The position numbers were made by a program, and so were the translations under genes. The notes beneath the pieces were generated by a model, which had not been told where the DNA came from, searched no databases, and was given only the letters and a program-made list of their open reading frames with translations. DNA of 64,000 nucleotides from Octopus bimaculoides (Eukaryota). The stretch spans positions 20,692,042 through 20,756,041 of the forward strand of contig NC_068981.1 of NCBI RefSeq assembly GCF_001194135.2. Reading direction: 5' to 3'. This document shows positions 38,001 to 52,400 of this stretch, one piece after another; position 1 is the first letter of the stretch, and the number at the start of each line of letters is the position of its first letter.

Positions 38001-41000
38001 TAGAGTGGAACTGTGTTAGACAAACATATATTGTGTAGCAAGCAGGGTATTGACTCGGAACAAATTTTTCCTTCGGAGGCGAGAAGAGAGGGGATAAACA
38101 AGGGATAGCCGGAGAAAATAACTTGTATAAAGATTAGGAAACAATTAAATAGCAACAGATAACACAACTACCTGTCTCCGGTCGAATTCACAGCTCCCGT
38201 TTTTTCCATGTTGTATTGTAATCTTTTAATCTGCAGGACAAGCCAAAATATAATCCTGGCAGTAAGTTTAATAATCCTGCCAAATTTCAGTGGTCTCCAT
38301 TGTGGCCGGCAATGCAAGGAGAAAGCCGTGGTGTAGTCGTGGCAGAACCTAATGCCAATGACGCTGCTGACAGACCCATCAACACCTCCCTACTACCACG
38401 GAAAGTACAATTACAGTAGAAGAGAGAAAGAAATAATATACAGTGACAGCACTGCTAAGGCGGTGCACACTCAAGGAATTATTCCAAGTCAGTCGGTGTG
38501 GAGTTTAACAAACTGTACTCAAAAACACCACAGTAACACACACCACTTTCATACAATTTCACTGACTCTACATTACAATCCTGACTTAAACTTTGTTTCA
38601 CATTCTTTCTTTCCCAAAAGTATTCAGCTTATAAATATAAATAAATGTTTTCTTAACGCTTTATATCAATAATTTTGTTGGGTTTCTTCTTTTTTTTTCT
38701 TTTTCTTTGTTGCTTTTTATTGGTCCGAAAAGGGGTGTGGGGAAAGTATTAAATATTATTCGCTGTTGAAATTGTTGTCCAAAGTATAATACTTTACATA
38801 CTAACAGAAACGGTACATAGGATAATTTGGTGACATGTAATATCGATTTTTCTTAGATACAAAACCCATCGATTAGATAATGGTGGGTGTCACCTAATGA
38901 CTCGACTTCAATATATTCCTTTTATTTATCCAGCCTCTAAGTAGTCGCTCGAGGTGCTAGAAATAACAGCCAAATCCCCTCGATCCACACTACCATCCAC
39001 CCCACCCCCGCAAAGGGATGCATTAAATAGTGTGGTACCGGATATATTATTCTTGAAAGAAAAAGTGATATGGCGATAGCTAGAATGTCTTTAATCATAG
39101 GTGCATTCAATCAAGGCTTGACTTGTGACTAAACAACAGCTGATATTTATTTTCATCTCAACGCAGGGAGACAAATGAACAGACTTAACATATACAGGAT
39201 TTGAACTCAGAACTATCATATAACAAATTTGATACAGTGAAGTGCCCAACCCAATTCCATATCCTCCATAGCAAATTTTATTAATAATTGGCTATGACAT
39301 TTGACACCTCCCACTTGCAATATTATCATACTTAAGTGAAAGTTACCCATCAACTACAGTTAATGACGGTTTGAAAAGAATTAAGTGGGTTTAAATAACC
39401 AGGGAGACAGCTGGAATAAACGAATCCCAAAACCCAGTCTACAGTAACATGTCGATTCTCGTCACAAGTAATAGAATAAAGAAACTATCATATTTTGAAA
39501 ACACACATGCTCGCACACATATTAATTCTGTCTCCACAGACAAAACCACCTCTTCATGATCATTCCACCTACTAGAAACTACAAAACCTCCAGCAAACAA
39601 TATCCTCAATTTCTTAAAGACAGAGCACATGAGATAATGTCCTAGATATATAAAAAGACAGGATGGTCACAACTGAAACGACTTTGTTCACTGGTCAGCT
39701 TCATTAGAGTTGGCCTGGGGTTAAATAACAACTAGAACTCCTAACAATCCTCATTAAAGATACTAGAATTTTCAGTTTATTATTCTCACCTTCAAATAAA
39801 TATATAATCACTAATCTAATACATTAACCTAACTCTATCAAGGTTGTAGTACACATAGGATGTCACTCCAGATTATTAAAGGAAGTACAGTGGAACATCA
39901 ACTCTCAATAGATGACACGTGAGATTCAATGTTAATTCTCTAGTGGAAAATGCTAATTCTGTTGAGAAGGGCATGTCTGTTTCAACTTCCTGCATGCATT
40001 CCACGTCATCAAATGATCATTATAAAACACTAGTAATCACATAGTTTGAATGAGAGATTCCATGACTTACCCAGAAAACTGGTACCACAAGTATAAACAG
40101 ACTAAATTAATGTTGGCAGTCTAAAAATTACTAAAATATCTGATTTAAATACTTTGATACCAAACCATCTATGACTACCTCTGGTTTTAGAATTAAAAAA
40201 AAAACTAATTCTAAAGCATTCATATTTGTTAATAGAATACACACACTGTAAAGTGGTTGGTATTAGGAAATGCATTTAGTCATAGAAATCATGCCAAAGT
40301 TGACATTGGGACTTGGCATTGCTCTATATAACTTACTGAACCCTGTCAAACTGTCCAACCCAAGCAAGTATGGAAAATGAACATTAATGATGATGATGAG
40401 TTCATTACAGTCCTTTCTTTTTTAAGAACCTTTGGTTAGGTTATGTTCTCAAATGCCATCTTAACAAAAGAGTGATTTTACTAAATCCTATGTTCAAAAT
40501 GAAATGGAAACATAGACAAAGTATTTTATTAGAGATATGGTTCTGAAAGGGTTAAAAGAAAAGATCTTGTATATTTATAGACAAGCTAACAGCTAATCAG
40601 TCATTTCATAACTGAAACAGTATACAACTGACCATTTAACAGCTATTACAATAGACAACAGAACATCTAACAACAACAGACAATGGTTCTGAATTAGATA
40701 TGTGTATCATAGTTCTGTTGTCAATTAATGTCTAAAATATTCTTGAAATGGAAAAATGAAAAAAGGTTAAAGCTTGGAAAGCCATTAGAATTAGTAGACT
40801 CATTCTGGTATGTGTAGGGGTATACTGAAAATGAAAACAAAATCACACAAGTGTGTGTGTTAGTAGTTGAAATGTATTTTGGGTGATACCCTTCATGAGA
40901 GGAGAAATTACTATTTTAATAAAAAAGTAAAATAGCAAAACAGTGAGAAAAGTGCCAGAAATAAGCTTCAGAGACCAAAGTTTATAGAAACAGTGAATAA

Positions 41001-41892
41001 CTAGATCAAAGTTTTCTTTAATACATGAAACATATTTACATAACACTATGGAAAATTTAACTCTTAAAAATAACATTTCAACTCGTAAGCTAATAAACAT
41101 GTCTGTTTCCAAACTGAGACACTTCATTAATCTTACTAAGTTCACCTTCCCAATCCTCAATGGAAAACTATGCGAAACCTATTATTTGAGAGTTAATAAC
41201 TGTGTCAAGGTTCTATTTATTTGAATCAAGGTATGATGGCTAGAAAAATTAAAGTGAGGGCAAATTAAGGGCCATAGAGTAGCATTAGCATGTTTCTTAT
41301 ATAAAGCAGGGCTTATCATATTGGCTGAGCTGGGCCCAAGTAAGCATTAGTTGAGTAATTTTGAGACAAAGCAACACTGTCATTGGACAAATGGAATATA
41401 ATAGTTTGAGGAGGCCTGATAGGATCAAACAATGTGCAGCCTCCCCTACTTTCAAAAAAGACTTTAAACATTTATCATCAATTAATGTCTTTCCCTATAG
41501 GAACATTTAATAGGAACAAAACATGTCTAGAGTTGTGACTTGTACAGTTCCATAGTATCTGCACTGACTCAGTGACTAAGTCGCATGTGTATGATGAAAA
41601 TTTTGAAATTTCATCTTCCTTTTAATGTCTAATTTTCCAAGTTAACATAATTAGATAAGAGTTATCTATGACCAGATGCCCTTCCTGTTGCCAGCCAGCT
41701 GCTTATTTCCAATCAAGATAACAATCTCCCAGTCTAACAACAAATAACAAACAACCTGGGCAGATTTATGCAGAGAACTGCAACCAAATGACACCATCAA
41801 CAAGGCCAGTGTTTACAACCAGCAAACATATAAAGACAAGGGAAATAGAAACTCATACAAACACAGTCATGTATGTATGCCCCACCCCTTAT

Positions 41893-41931
<39 letters not shown>

Positions 41932-44900
41932 TTATGACAGGCTTCTTTCAATTTCTCTCAACCAAATCCACTTGTATGGCTTCAGTTTGCCTGGTTCTGC
42001 AGTAGAAGACACATGCCCAATGTACTACACAGTGTGACTGAATCTAAAGTTACATAGTGGAGAAGCAAACTTTTTAATTACACAGCTATGCCTGAGCCTA
42101 TATAGCCATGAAAAAAATTTAAATTTAGTGTAAATTTAATACCTTTCTGTGTATTCAAACAACTTATCCATTATGTAGTTACTTTAATTTCAACACACTG
42201 TCTCAGATGAAGTAAAACTCCAAAATGTCTAGAATTATCTTCCATAAAGCCGAAATTATTGAAGTAATATTAGTCATTAAGCTAATGCTGTCTTTTCGTC
42301 ACCATATAATTATTTTTGATTAACTTTTTCATCCAGGTGCAAGCATTGCTTTGTGGTTGAGAAGTTAGTTTCCCAACCTCACGGTTTTTGGTTCAGCCAT
42401 ACTGCATGGCATCTGCTACAGCTTTGGACCAACCAGTGTGTCTTTTTTTTCCCAAACTGCCAAACGCTTAAGCAGTATTATGTAGAATAATCTTTATTTC
42501 TTACATAGTAGGACTGGGGGATGTGGTTCACAGAAAAGACTTGGCTCTGACAACATAATCTCCAAATATGAGTTATAGCCTCTACAGCAAATATTGCAAC
42601 TTCAGTTAATCTACTCACAGCAAAGAAAACCTAGCAACACTATCGATAACACCAGCTACTTTCTTTTGATGATTCATGTATCATGTGATAGGCAAATACT
42701 TTCCCTTCCTTATACTAGGTATCGAACTGTAGCATTATTTACTGAATAAAGTCTTTGGTATACCAATCTCTTATATTTACTACATATGAAAGTTTATTCA
42801 ACAATTCAAATGTAGATAGAGTTCAATGTACTGAAAGTTTCAATACAATTCCCCTTTCAATGAACATCAGCCTCTTCAGAATTCAAATATTGGTCATGTT
42901 CATTTAAAAAATTTTCTTGCCACCGTTTTTAATCCTGACAAAATACACAACCATGTAAACTTCACATTTCATGAAATACTCGAGTTTATCACAGATTGCA
43001 ACAATTATGAGGATATGATTAATTGCCAAAAGGATATTTACATTGAACTGGTTAACAAAGTTATTGTGAGACATGAGGTTATAACTCACAAACAATAACT
43101 AACTGAATTGATTTCTTCAGACCTTCAAACTCTTGGCTAAAGAATGCAACTTCAAGACAGTACCATCTGAACTGTACACAAAAATATTTGATAATGGAAT
43201 CTTATTTCTAGAATAATGTTGAATGCTATAAAACTCAGAGAAGTCAAAAGTAAAACATTAAACTGGGAAACATCTGTATCATAAAAATCAGAGTATTGGA
43301 CATAACTGCAAAGAATACAATCAAGATATCCTCTTAAATATTACTACAGTTATAAAGATGGGCACTGAGCAAGAAACTATATCAGTAACTGCTTCACTGA
43401 AACAAAAAAGGGTTGAGGAGAGAGTACAGACTTGACTGCAGAAAATATCCTGTAAAAGATGTCATATGTTGCAAGTGTGAAGGAAAATAGGCCCTTATTC
43501 TTGAGTGTGCAAATCACATAATGAACCCAAATGGGTCCTTTGTAAACCTGGTAATAACTCACTCTTCAGCACATTGAGTTCTTCAACTAAGTTTTTCAGG
43601 TTTATTTGAACATACTTTGACTTATGCACTCTTTAATAATGTAATTAACAATCAATCAATGTAAGCTTTAGTTGACAATGGAAATACTGACAACTTGATT
43701 AAAGCTGATAAAGTTAAACAATGGTTTAGTCATTAAACTATTAGGAAGTAACAAGTGATCTCTTAGTAGAGGAAGATGAAGTACTGAAATATAAGATAAA
43801 TTAGCTTTTGTTTAAAAAACGTAATGAAGTAGGAGACATAACCTCATTTAACGATTTGTTACAATGCTCAACATCTCCAAGTGATAAAGATATATCTGCA
43901 GAATCAAACTTAATAATTACTAAATCTAAATAACAAGCCGGACTTTCATTCTTCCTCCTACAACAACATTATTTCTCAAAAAATGTTGATAAAATTCATT
44001 ATTCAAAAAGAACTAAAAGATTTAATTTGTGACTTTATTAACGTGTTAAATTGTATAAATATAAAAATCTAATTCCAGATTGGAGTTATAATACTATTAC
44101 TGTCCGTTTTGGCTGATTTTACAATCTGATAGTCTATTGCTTTTTCTTAAGAGAGTGTGAATGCTGTGAGTCAATGCCATTTTCTTTTTTTTTCTCTTTC
44201 CAATAAATGACGTATCATGTGATGCAGATTTTTACCTAAGCCGGATGTTTAGATGTAACATTATTCATTGAATACAGCCTTTGTATACAGTTATCTTATG
44301 ACCACTTATTATGACAACACACTAAATTTGACAAGTTTAAATAAGATATTAAAGTATTTAAAGTCTATCAACTATTTTTTGAAGTCTGTTTTCAATGAAT
44401 GGATGTAGGTATGACCAAATGGTTAAAACTTTGCTTCACAATCATGAATTTTTGAGTTTGATCCCATTGCATGGCATGTCTTACATCAAGGCTTCAGGTG
44501 AACCCAAACCTTAGCAGTGAAACAGAAAAGACAGAAAATATTTGGAAGACTGTATCTGAACTTCAAAGACCACCCTTGTCACAAACTGTTATGATGATTC
44601 TCTCTCTATGAATACTACTCATCTGCTTACACTAATTTAATAAGTAGACCATTCTATTGCTTGAACAATTGGATTACACATGAGGGAAGCCAATGCAAGA
44701 ATGATTTTAAATATGCCATGAACACAAGGAAATCAATGGAGATCATACAAGTTAATTTCACATTATCAAAGGATCCACATTCAATACAGAACATACAGAA
44801 CCCTACCACAATTACCGTTACAGTTGAACAGAAACTTTCATCACAAAGTTAGCTTCTGACAAACAACAACCAGTTAACCAGCAACCTACACACACTAATC

Positions 44901-45764
44901 TCGTGTTTAGGTGGTTCTGCTGATTGAACAATTAGAACACAAATCACAGTAACCAATACTAGATCTATTTTATATTTACCATGAACATCAGAAAATTGAC
45001 TGAGCTATCTTTATGCCATATGTCAAAGAACTAACATACAATACAAACCCTCGATTACCAATGAAACACTTTCACAGCAAAGTTATCTCCTGATTAAACA
45101 ACAACTAGTTAACTCGATTGTTCTTTGTCTACCTGTCAGCTATAGATTGCTAACACCAATTCCATCAATTAATAATGTTCCATGTAAGAATTCAAAGCCA
45201 TAACTCGAGTCAAGTAAAACCAATATCATAGCTGGGGCTGGTGCCCCCTGACTGGCTCCCATGCTGGTGGCACGTAAAAAGCACCATCTGAACATGGTCA
45301 CTGCTAGGTCCACCTGACTGGCTCCCATGCCAGTGGCATGTAAAAAGCACCAACCAATGCCAGTACCCCATGACTGGCTCCTGTGCCAGTGGCATGTTAA
45401 AAACACCATCCAAAAGGCACTCACCACACTCTCAGAGTGGTTGACATTAGGAAGGGCATCCAGCTGTAGAAACTTTGCCAGATCAGATTGGAGCATGGTG
45501 CAGCCGCTGGCTCTCCAGACCTCAGTCAAACCATCCAACCCATGCCAGCATGGAAAACGGACGTTAATCGATGATGATGATAACTTATAATATGAACCTT
45601 AAATATCATATAGGTGTGTGGTTTAGAAGTTCATTTTACAAATATGTGATTCTTAGTGCAGTTCACCTGTACAGAACCTTAGGCACAGAACTTACTACAG
45701 CCTCAGTTTAACCAATACTATTTGAGTGAAATATGTGTGGAAGCCTGTTGCAATACAAACACAT

Positions 45765-45807
<43 letters not shown>

Positions 45808-46460
45808 GTATATCAGTGAAGGACATAAATTATGGTGAGAAAACACAAAAAAAAAAAACAGCTTTACTAACAAAAGTCTCTTGAGATATTTATTCTGCAT
45901 CAAGTTGCAGACAATCCCTCATTCCTGTCACTGTCAGAAATACAATGAACTAGGAATGGTCCATTGGGAATTCATCACCAACATTGCTAATTGTTCACAA
46001 ATTGTGATGTAAAATAAAATTTACAAATAAATCTTATCTAAGATATAACACAACACTGAAATCATTCTAGATGACAATTTTTGTTGAAAAAAGTTTCTAA
46101 ATGTAAAAATTTCTCATACTTAAACATTAATATACATAATGTGAGCTTTTGCTTCTCCACCTCCAGATCAACTCAGATCCAACATACCTTTGATGAAGTT
46201 ATTCCATCTGCAACCACCCAGTTTTTTAACTATGTGCAAGGAACCCAGCACCACATGGTGGTGGTGGTGGTGGTGGTAGCCGAGGCAGTTAGGGATGATG
46301 GTGATAATAAGTGATATGAAAGACAGTGGTGATAGTGGTGGAGGGGAAGGCAACAATGTCAAAGGTATTGATTGTGGTGGTGTCAGAAGTTTGAATGGTG
46401 TGTGTATGGCAGTTGTGGTGGCGATGGCGGTGGTGATCGTGATGGTTGAAAACAATCAAC

Positions 46461-46496
<36 letters not shown>

Positions 46497-49400
46497 AGAG
46501 GTTAGACAGAAAAAAAAATTTTACTGAGTATATGTCCATATTGCAGAAAGGACTACTTTTCAAATGAATTTCATTGTAGTATTTTTTCTTCAAACACTTC
46601 TCTGTGACCTTTGTCATCAGGAACCAGTAAATTGGTCCACTAGAAACCTGCATCTATCAAAACTCATTCATTAATTGCAATATAAAAACATACAAATAAG
46701 GTAGTAGGGTGTGATTTAAGGGTGATTTGACTACTGTTTCTAGCAAGTCAAAAAATCGTATTGGCTTGAAGAAAGATATAATCAAAAAGTTAATTTACAA
46801 AACGACAGTGTTTAACTAAACATAGCCGGCCTCATTCACAGAATAATTATCAATAGAATGTCTTTCACTTAATGGTGCAGCCTTAATTTACTGTAATAAA
46901 CTGCCATTTCCTCTTCAGGATACCCTTACATTTGATGAAACTGATAGTACTCATTAAACCACATAAAAATCTACAAAGAATTCTTTATTCTTCATATTAT
47001 TATTAAATCTTCAGGAATTAGTCTCTAAAATTAAATCATCCATTCTGGAAACTCTTCAAAGGCAAAGATTTAGATTAAATCAGCTTAGCAAATTATATTA
47101 AATCCATGACCCAAAGTCACTATCTGAATTCCTATAAAATTAAATAATATTACAGGCATGATACACTCTTTTATGCTAATCTAGATATTTCTATTGTTGT
47201 TTGTAACATTTGTTACTTGTATACTCAATCAACTATTTATTGATCTATTTGCTATCATGATCGGCTTGTCTCCAACAAATTCTATTTGCTGACATTTCTT
47301 TTTATTAAACAACTTTTATTCAACAATTTTTATTCAAATCTGTGTTTCATATTTTAGAAAAATTATAAAAGTTCTATGGACAGAAAAACAAAATAGTAGA
47401 TATTGTAGGTTAGAGAGTAGGACAACATCTAAAAGGGAACAACATTTTAGTGATGTAAGTAGGGTGGCTATTTATAGAGTCAACAGAGTTGATCAAGTGG
47501 TTTATATCTGGCGAGTGTGAGTAAAGTGAGAGGGACACTCCTCCACATACACAACGTAGGCTTGCATTCCTTAACAGATGACCCAAAATACTTGCTTTCT
47601 GATAAGATTTAAACATATAGAAATGATGAAACCCTTGCATATCAGAGTGCCCAGTGATGCCCTTAGCTAAGTAGAGGCATGGTATATCCATAGTAATGGG
47701 TTTCTGGATCACACCTAGTTTGTTTAGTCAACTAATAATGTCATACATTTGCTCAATCAAAGCTGACTGAAGTTGAATAACAGAGACATTATTTTAGTCA
47801 TAGTGGTTTTAGTTTCATCAATGCACCAAGAGAGTTAGGTATGAAGAAACTTGGTTATTTTACAGCATTAGATGAATACCAAAAATACATACAATATAAT
47901 AAAAACAATAACAGTGAAACAATAAATGTTTCTATGGAAACAGACAATTTAGAATTCTAATTCAAAACACTGAAAAGACCAATTGAAAGCAACCTATAAA
48001 TGCCAACTGTAATTATAGTTAACAGATTAGGAATTATGGCTCAGCTGGAGAAGCTAACACAAAGAATACAGGTTCGTTTTCTCACATAGGTGTGATATAC
48101 TATATCTTAAAAACAAACATTTAACTGTGTCAATGCTGTAATAAACTCTTTAATGTAGTTCTCTTCTCCCAACAGTCTATTTATTGGCATGTGTATGTGC
48201 ATGAAAATGTGTGAATGTGTGTGTGTGTGTGTGCATGTGTGTGTGTGTAAATAGCGGATGCATGTGGGTGTGTTGATCTGCATCTGTATATATTACATAA
48301 TGTATATTAAATATATTACGAATGCATGTATGTATGTGTGCATCAGAAAAGAGCAAAAAATGTGGGTAGATTAACACTGACAAACCACACCCACATCTGT
48401 GACAAGCCACATCTGGAAGAGTTTACATGGTTAATAACACTTTCATTAATAACCAAAAGAAATATTTAGAGTTTACTTCTCATGCATATACAGTATAGTT
48501 GGTTATTGTTGTTGTCATTGTTTTGGTTACTCTCTGGTCAGGCCTGATCAAGGAGGCCTTTTGTCAAAGAGCCAGCCAGTAACCAGTCTGTCTTCGTTTG
48601 AACATAATATATCAAACTATATTTTCCAAAGATTCTTTTCATTCTTTTATGACAGTAAGGTGTGATTTAAAGGAAATTTAGTTGCTATTTCTAACAATCT
48701 GACCAAGAGTTAAGGTAGTTTTTTTTTTAGGGGGGGGGGGGGTGCATTATGATGCATACAATTACTGTTATACACAATAGCAATTCTAGTGATGGGGAGT
48801 AAGCACTTGATCCCAGTGCTTTATTTAACTGATCCCAAAAGGATGAAAGGCAAAGTTGACCCCAGTGGCATTTGTACTCAGAACAAAGTCCAAAGATAAA
48901 ATACCACTCAGTATTTTATACAGGGTAATAATGATTCTACTAGCTCACCAGCTTCCAGTCTGTAATAAATTGGTTTCAAATTTTGGCACAACGCCATCAA
49001 TTTTGGGAGGAAAGACTAAGTCAATTGTCTGCCCCAGTGCTCAACTGGTATTTATTTTAAAGCCCCCAAAAGGAAGAAAGACAAAGTTGACCTCAGCAGA
49101 ATTTGAACTCAGAATGTAATAATGGATATGCCACTAAGCATTTTGCCCAACATGCTAACAATACTGCCAGCTTGTCGCCTTCCTGGAATAATATTGACAC
49201 CAATATCACCGACATTTTCCCATCATGAACTATGTTGACAACTCTGTTATCTCTCACTTTTTCCTATTTGAGATGATGTCAAGGCTATTGCCATCATATG
49301 CTTTCTCTCTCTTCCATCTCAAGTAATGTTGACACTGCACCCATCTTTCACTACTTCCCATCTCAAGTAGCTATTGCACACTGTCTCCCAACACTACTGG

Positions 49401-52400
49401 CATCATCATTAACTTACACATCTTCTCATCTCATATAGTGTATTTATTTTATGAAACCTTAAAAAATTAAAAGGTTACATTAATTTTAGATGGATTTGAA
49501 CTCAAGACTATAAAGCGCTTATGTACAAACTAATGAGGAACCCTCCAGATATGGGGCTTAAACTACTTCAGATAGCAGTCAAATCTCTTTCATATTATAC
49601 CCTACTATTTGAAAATGGAAGGACACATTGAATAAGGCAGGATGATCATGACTGGAAAGTCATTTGATCATAAGTCTTCTCAATTAGGGTTTACCTGGAG
49701 CTAAACAGCAATATGTTCCTATCATCTCTACATCAATCACTTGTAGGCAACATCCCTTGCTTACAAACTGTAGGTTGCAGAGGTGGTGCATCACTCTATT
49801 TTCTATAGTAATAAGTGGTGAGACATCCAACCCTGAATTTCACTACCACATTTCCCAGGAAGCTGCAGGACCTATTATTCAGTGTCATGGTTTCAGTTAT
49901 GTAGAATAAATTGTTCTATACAAGATCAGAGTGAAATACCAGTAGCAAAATTGAACTCATCATCCACAATTTACTAATATATTCCTTATCTGCTCATACA
50001 CTTTACTTCTAACATTTCAATAGAATAAAGCAGTTTGGATTTATTTTGAATCTAAGCCACCAGTATAGGTGGTACTTCAGTATGGCCATAGTCCAATGAC
50101 TGATACAAGCAAAAGGAAGTAAAAAATATTCATAAGAGAAAAGTTTCTGGAAGTAAATCAAAATAAAGAAAGACATCTGAAATTCTTACTAAAATACTAA
50201 ATGAGCCACCATAAGATGTTGAGTGGATAGAGTATTGAATAACTAGCTGAAAGGTTACTGGTTCTTATTCCAGGAGTTTATTCATGTTTCATATATGACA
50301 AAACTTCAGTTTTGATAGCATCCTTAAGTTATTCCTGATATACCTGTAACTATCAACTTCTTCATTCTGGGACAGCCTGTAATGTTTATGGCACTGTTCC
50401 CTTTTCTTAAAACAAAGTAAGAAAAGGTGATAGTATTGTGTACATGGTAAAGACACTTAGCTGTTAATAGCCCAGTCTATCTAGTAAGAAGTAGGTACTC
50501 CAATGGGGTACAGTTCATTGTGTTGTATCCGTGACCAATACAGCAATCTATAGCTTAGGACATCTAGCTAGGACAAGTGTTGGCATTGTGTCCATGGTCA
50601 AGATGATTAGCTGTCAACAGCCCAGCCCATCTAGTAAGAAGTAGGTACATCAATGTGGTATTGCTCATAGTACTGTGTCCATGACCAACATAAATACTAA
50701 CAGCTCACTCTATATAACTCAAAGTAAGTACCCTAATGTAGAGTAAGTACCCTAATGTAGAGCAAGTACCCGAATGTAAGGTAATGTACAGTGTCCGTAC
50801 AACAGTCAACAGCTCAGCCCATGTAGCTAGAGCATGTGGTGGCACTGTGTCCATGGTCAAAATACTTAGCTATCATTAGCTTAGCCTACCAAGCTCTATA
50901 TAGGTCCACAGAGTGGTATAACTCATTTTACTAGGTCCATAACCAAGACACTTAACTCTCAATAGACCATTTCTTCACCAACCAAGCAATATACTACTTT
51001 AAGTGACAAAATTTCTGACTCCTAGGAGTATTTCACTGAAGTAATAAATAAAGCCATTCATTGGAAACCCTAGGGAAAGTCCTCAATGACAGGAACTTGG
51101 AGAAAGAGTGTGAGAGTGAGAATGTGTACAAGCAAGAGTATGTGAGCAAGAGAGTGTGTACAAGTAAGGGAGACAGTATATGAGAAAGCAAGAGTTTGTG
51201 TAAGGGCAAGAGTGTGTACAAGGGGGAGAACGTGTGTGTGTGTGTATGAGTGAAAGAGACAGAAAGATAAAAAGTGCATGAGGAAGTGAGAGAGACGGTA
51301 GGTGTGTGACAGAGAGAGTGAGAGATTAATATGACAGAGTTAACTAGTGCAAATTCACTGAGATCAGGTGAGGATATAAAATCAAGGACACTGAATCAAC
51401 CCTTATCTGACAGTAATCAGGAAAGTATGTTACCTACCCAGGTAATTGAAGGAAAGCTGAGTAAAGAGATATCAGGTGTCATTAATAGATTGTAGTCAAA
51501 GTAGAAACTTAATGATCTATGATAAGTTTAACAGTGGCTAAAGTCAGTTAATGCTGACACAACCCATTTCATTGTCAGGTTCAACCTTGTTTTAAAAGAA
51601 AAACATTTACGTTATTTACATTGTGCATGAATATATTCCATGTGTGAATTTATATATATATATATACACATCTAATTCTTTATTGCCCACAAGGGGCTAA
51701 ACATAGAGGGGACAAACAAGGACAGACAAAGGGATTAAGTCGATTACATCGACCTCAGTGCGTAACTGGTACTTATTTAATCAACCCTGAAAGGATAAAA
51801 GGCAAAGTCGACCTCGGCGGAATTTGAACTCAGAACGTAGTGGCAGACGAAATACCACTAAGTATTTCGCTCGGCGTGCTAACGATTCTGCCAGCTCACC
51901 ATATATANNNNNNNNNNNNNNNNNNNNNNNNNNNTATATATATATATATCATCACCATCATCATTTAACATCTGCTTTCCATGCTGGTATGGGTTGGACG
52001 GTTTGACTGAGGACTGGCTAGTCAGAAGGCTGTACCAGGTTCCAATCTGATCTGGCAAGGTTTCTACAGCTGGATGCCCTTCCTAACACCAACCACTCCA
52101 AGAGTGTAGTGGGTGCTTTTTATACACCACCAGCATGAGGGCCAGTCAGGCAGTATTGGCATCGACTACACTCGAATGGGGCTTTTTACGTGCCACCAGA
52201 ACAGGACCAGTCAGGTAGCACTGGCATCGCCCACAACAATGATTTCACTTAACTCAACAGGTCTTCTCAAGCACGGTTAATTGCCCAATGATTGAAGGGT
52301 ACTCTTAAATGGGCCAGTTATGCTACACTGGCATGGGTCACAGTTACAACACCTTTGCCCCACCAACATGCAGTCCCCTCACTCTGTCAAGTCTATTACC

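Larger units (their letters stand above)
34300..39500. promoter_or_regulatory. Intronic CpG-rich island, candidate internal promoter region (two sub-islands, about 34.3-35.25 kb and 36.3-39.5 kb)
   Basis: Hand counts: 16 CpG in 34681-35100, 12 in 37441-37800, 14 in 38041-38520, versus 0 in 40021-40800. Not accounted for by young TE copies. Confidence 0.6.

Noticed and set aside
46240-46500. Poly-Val/Gly or poly-His/Thr ORFs
   Set aside because: Degenerate (GGT)n and (GA)n microsatellite
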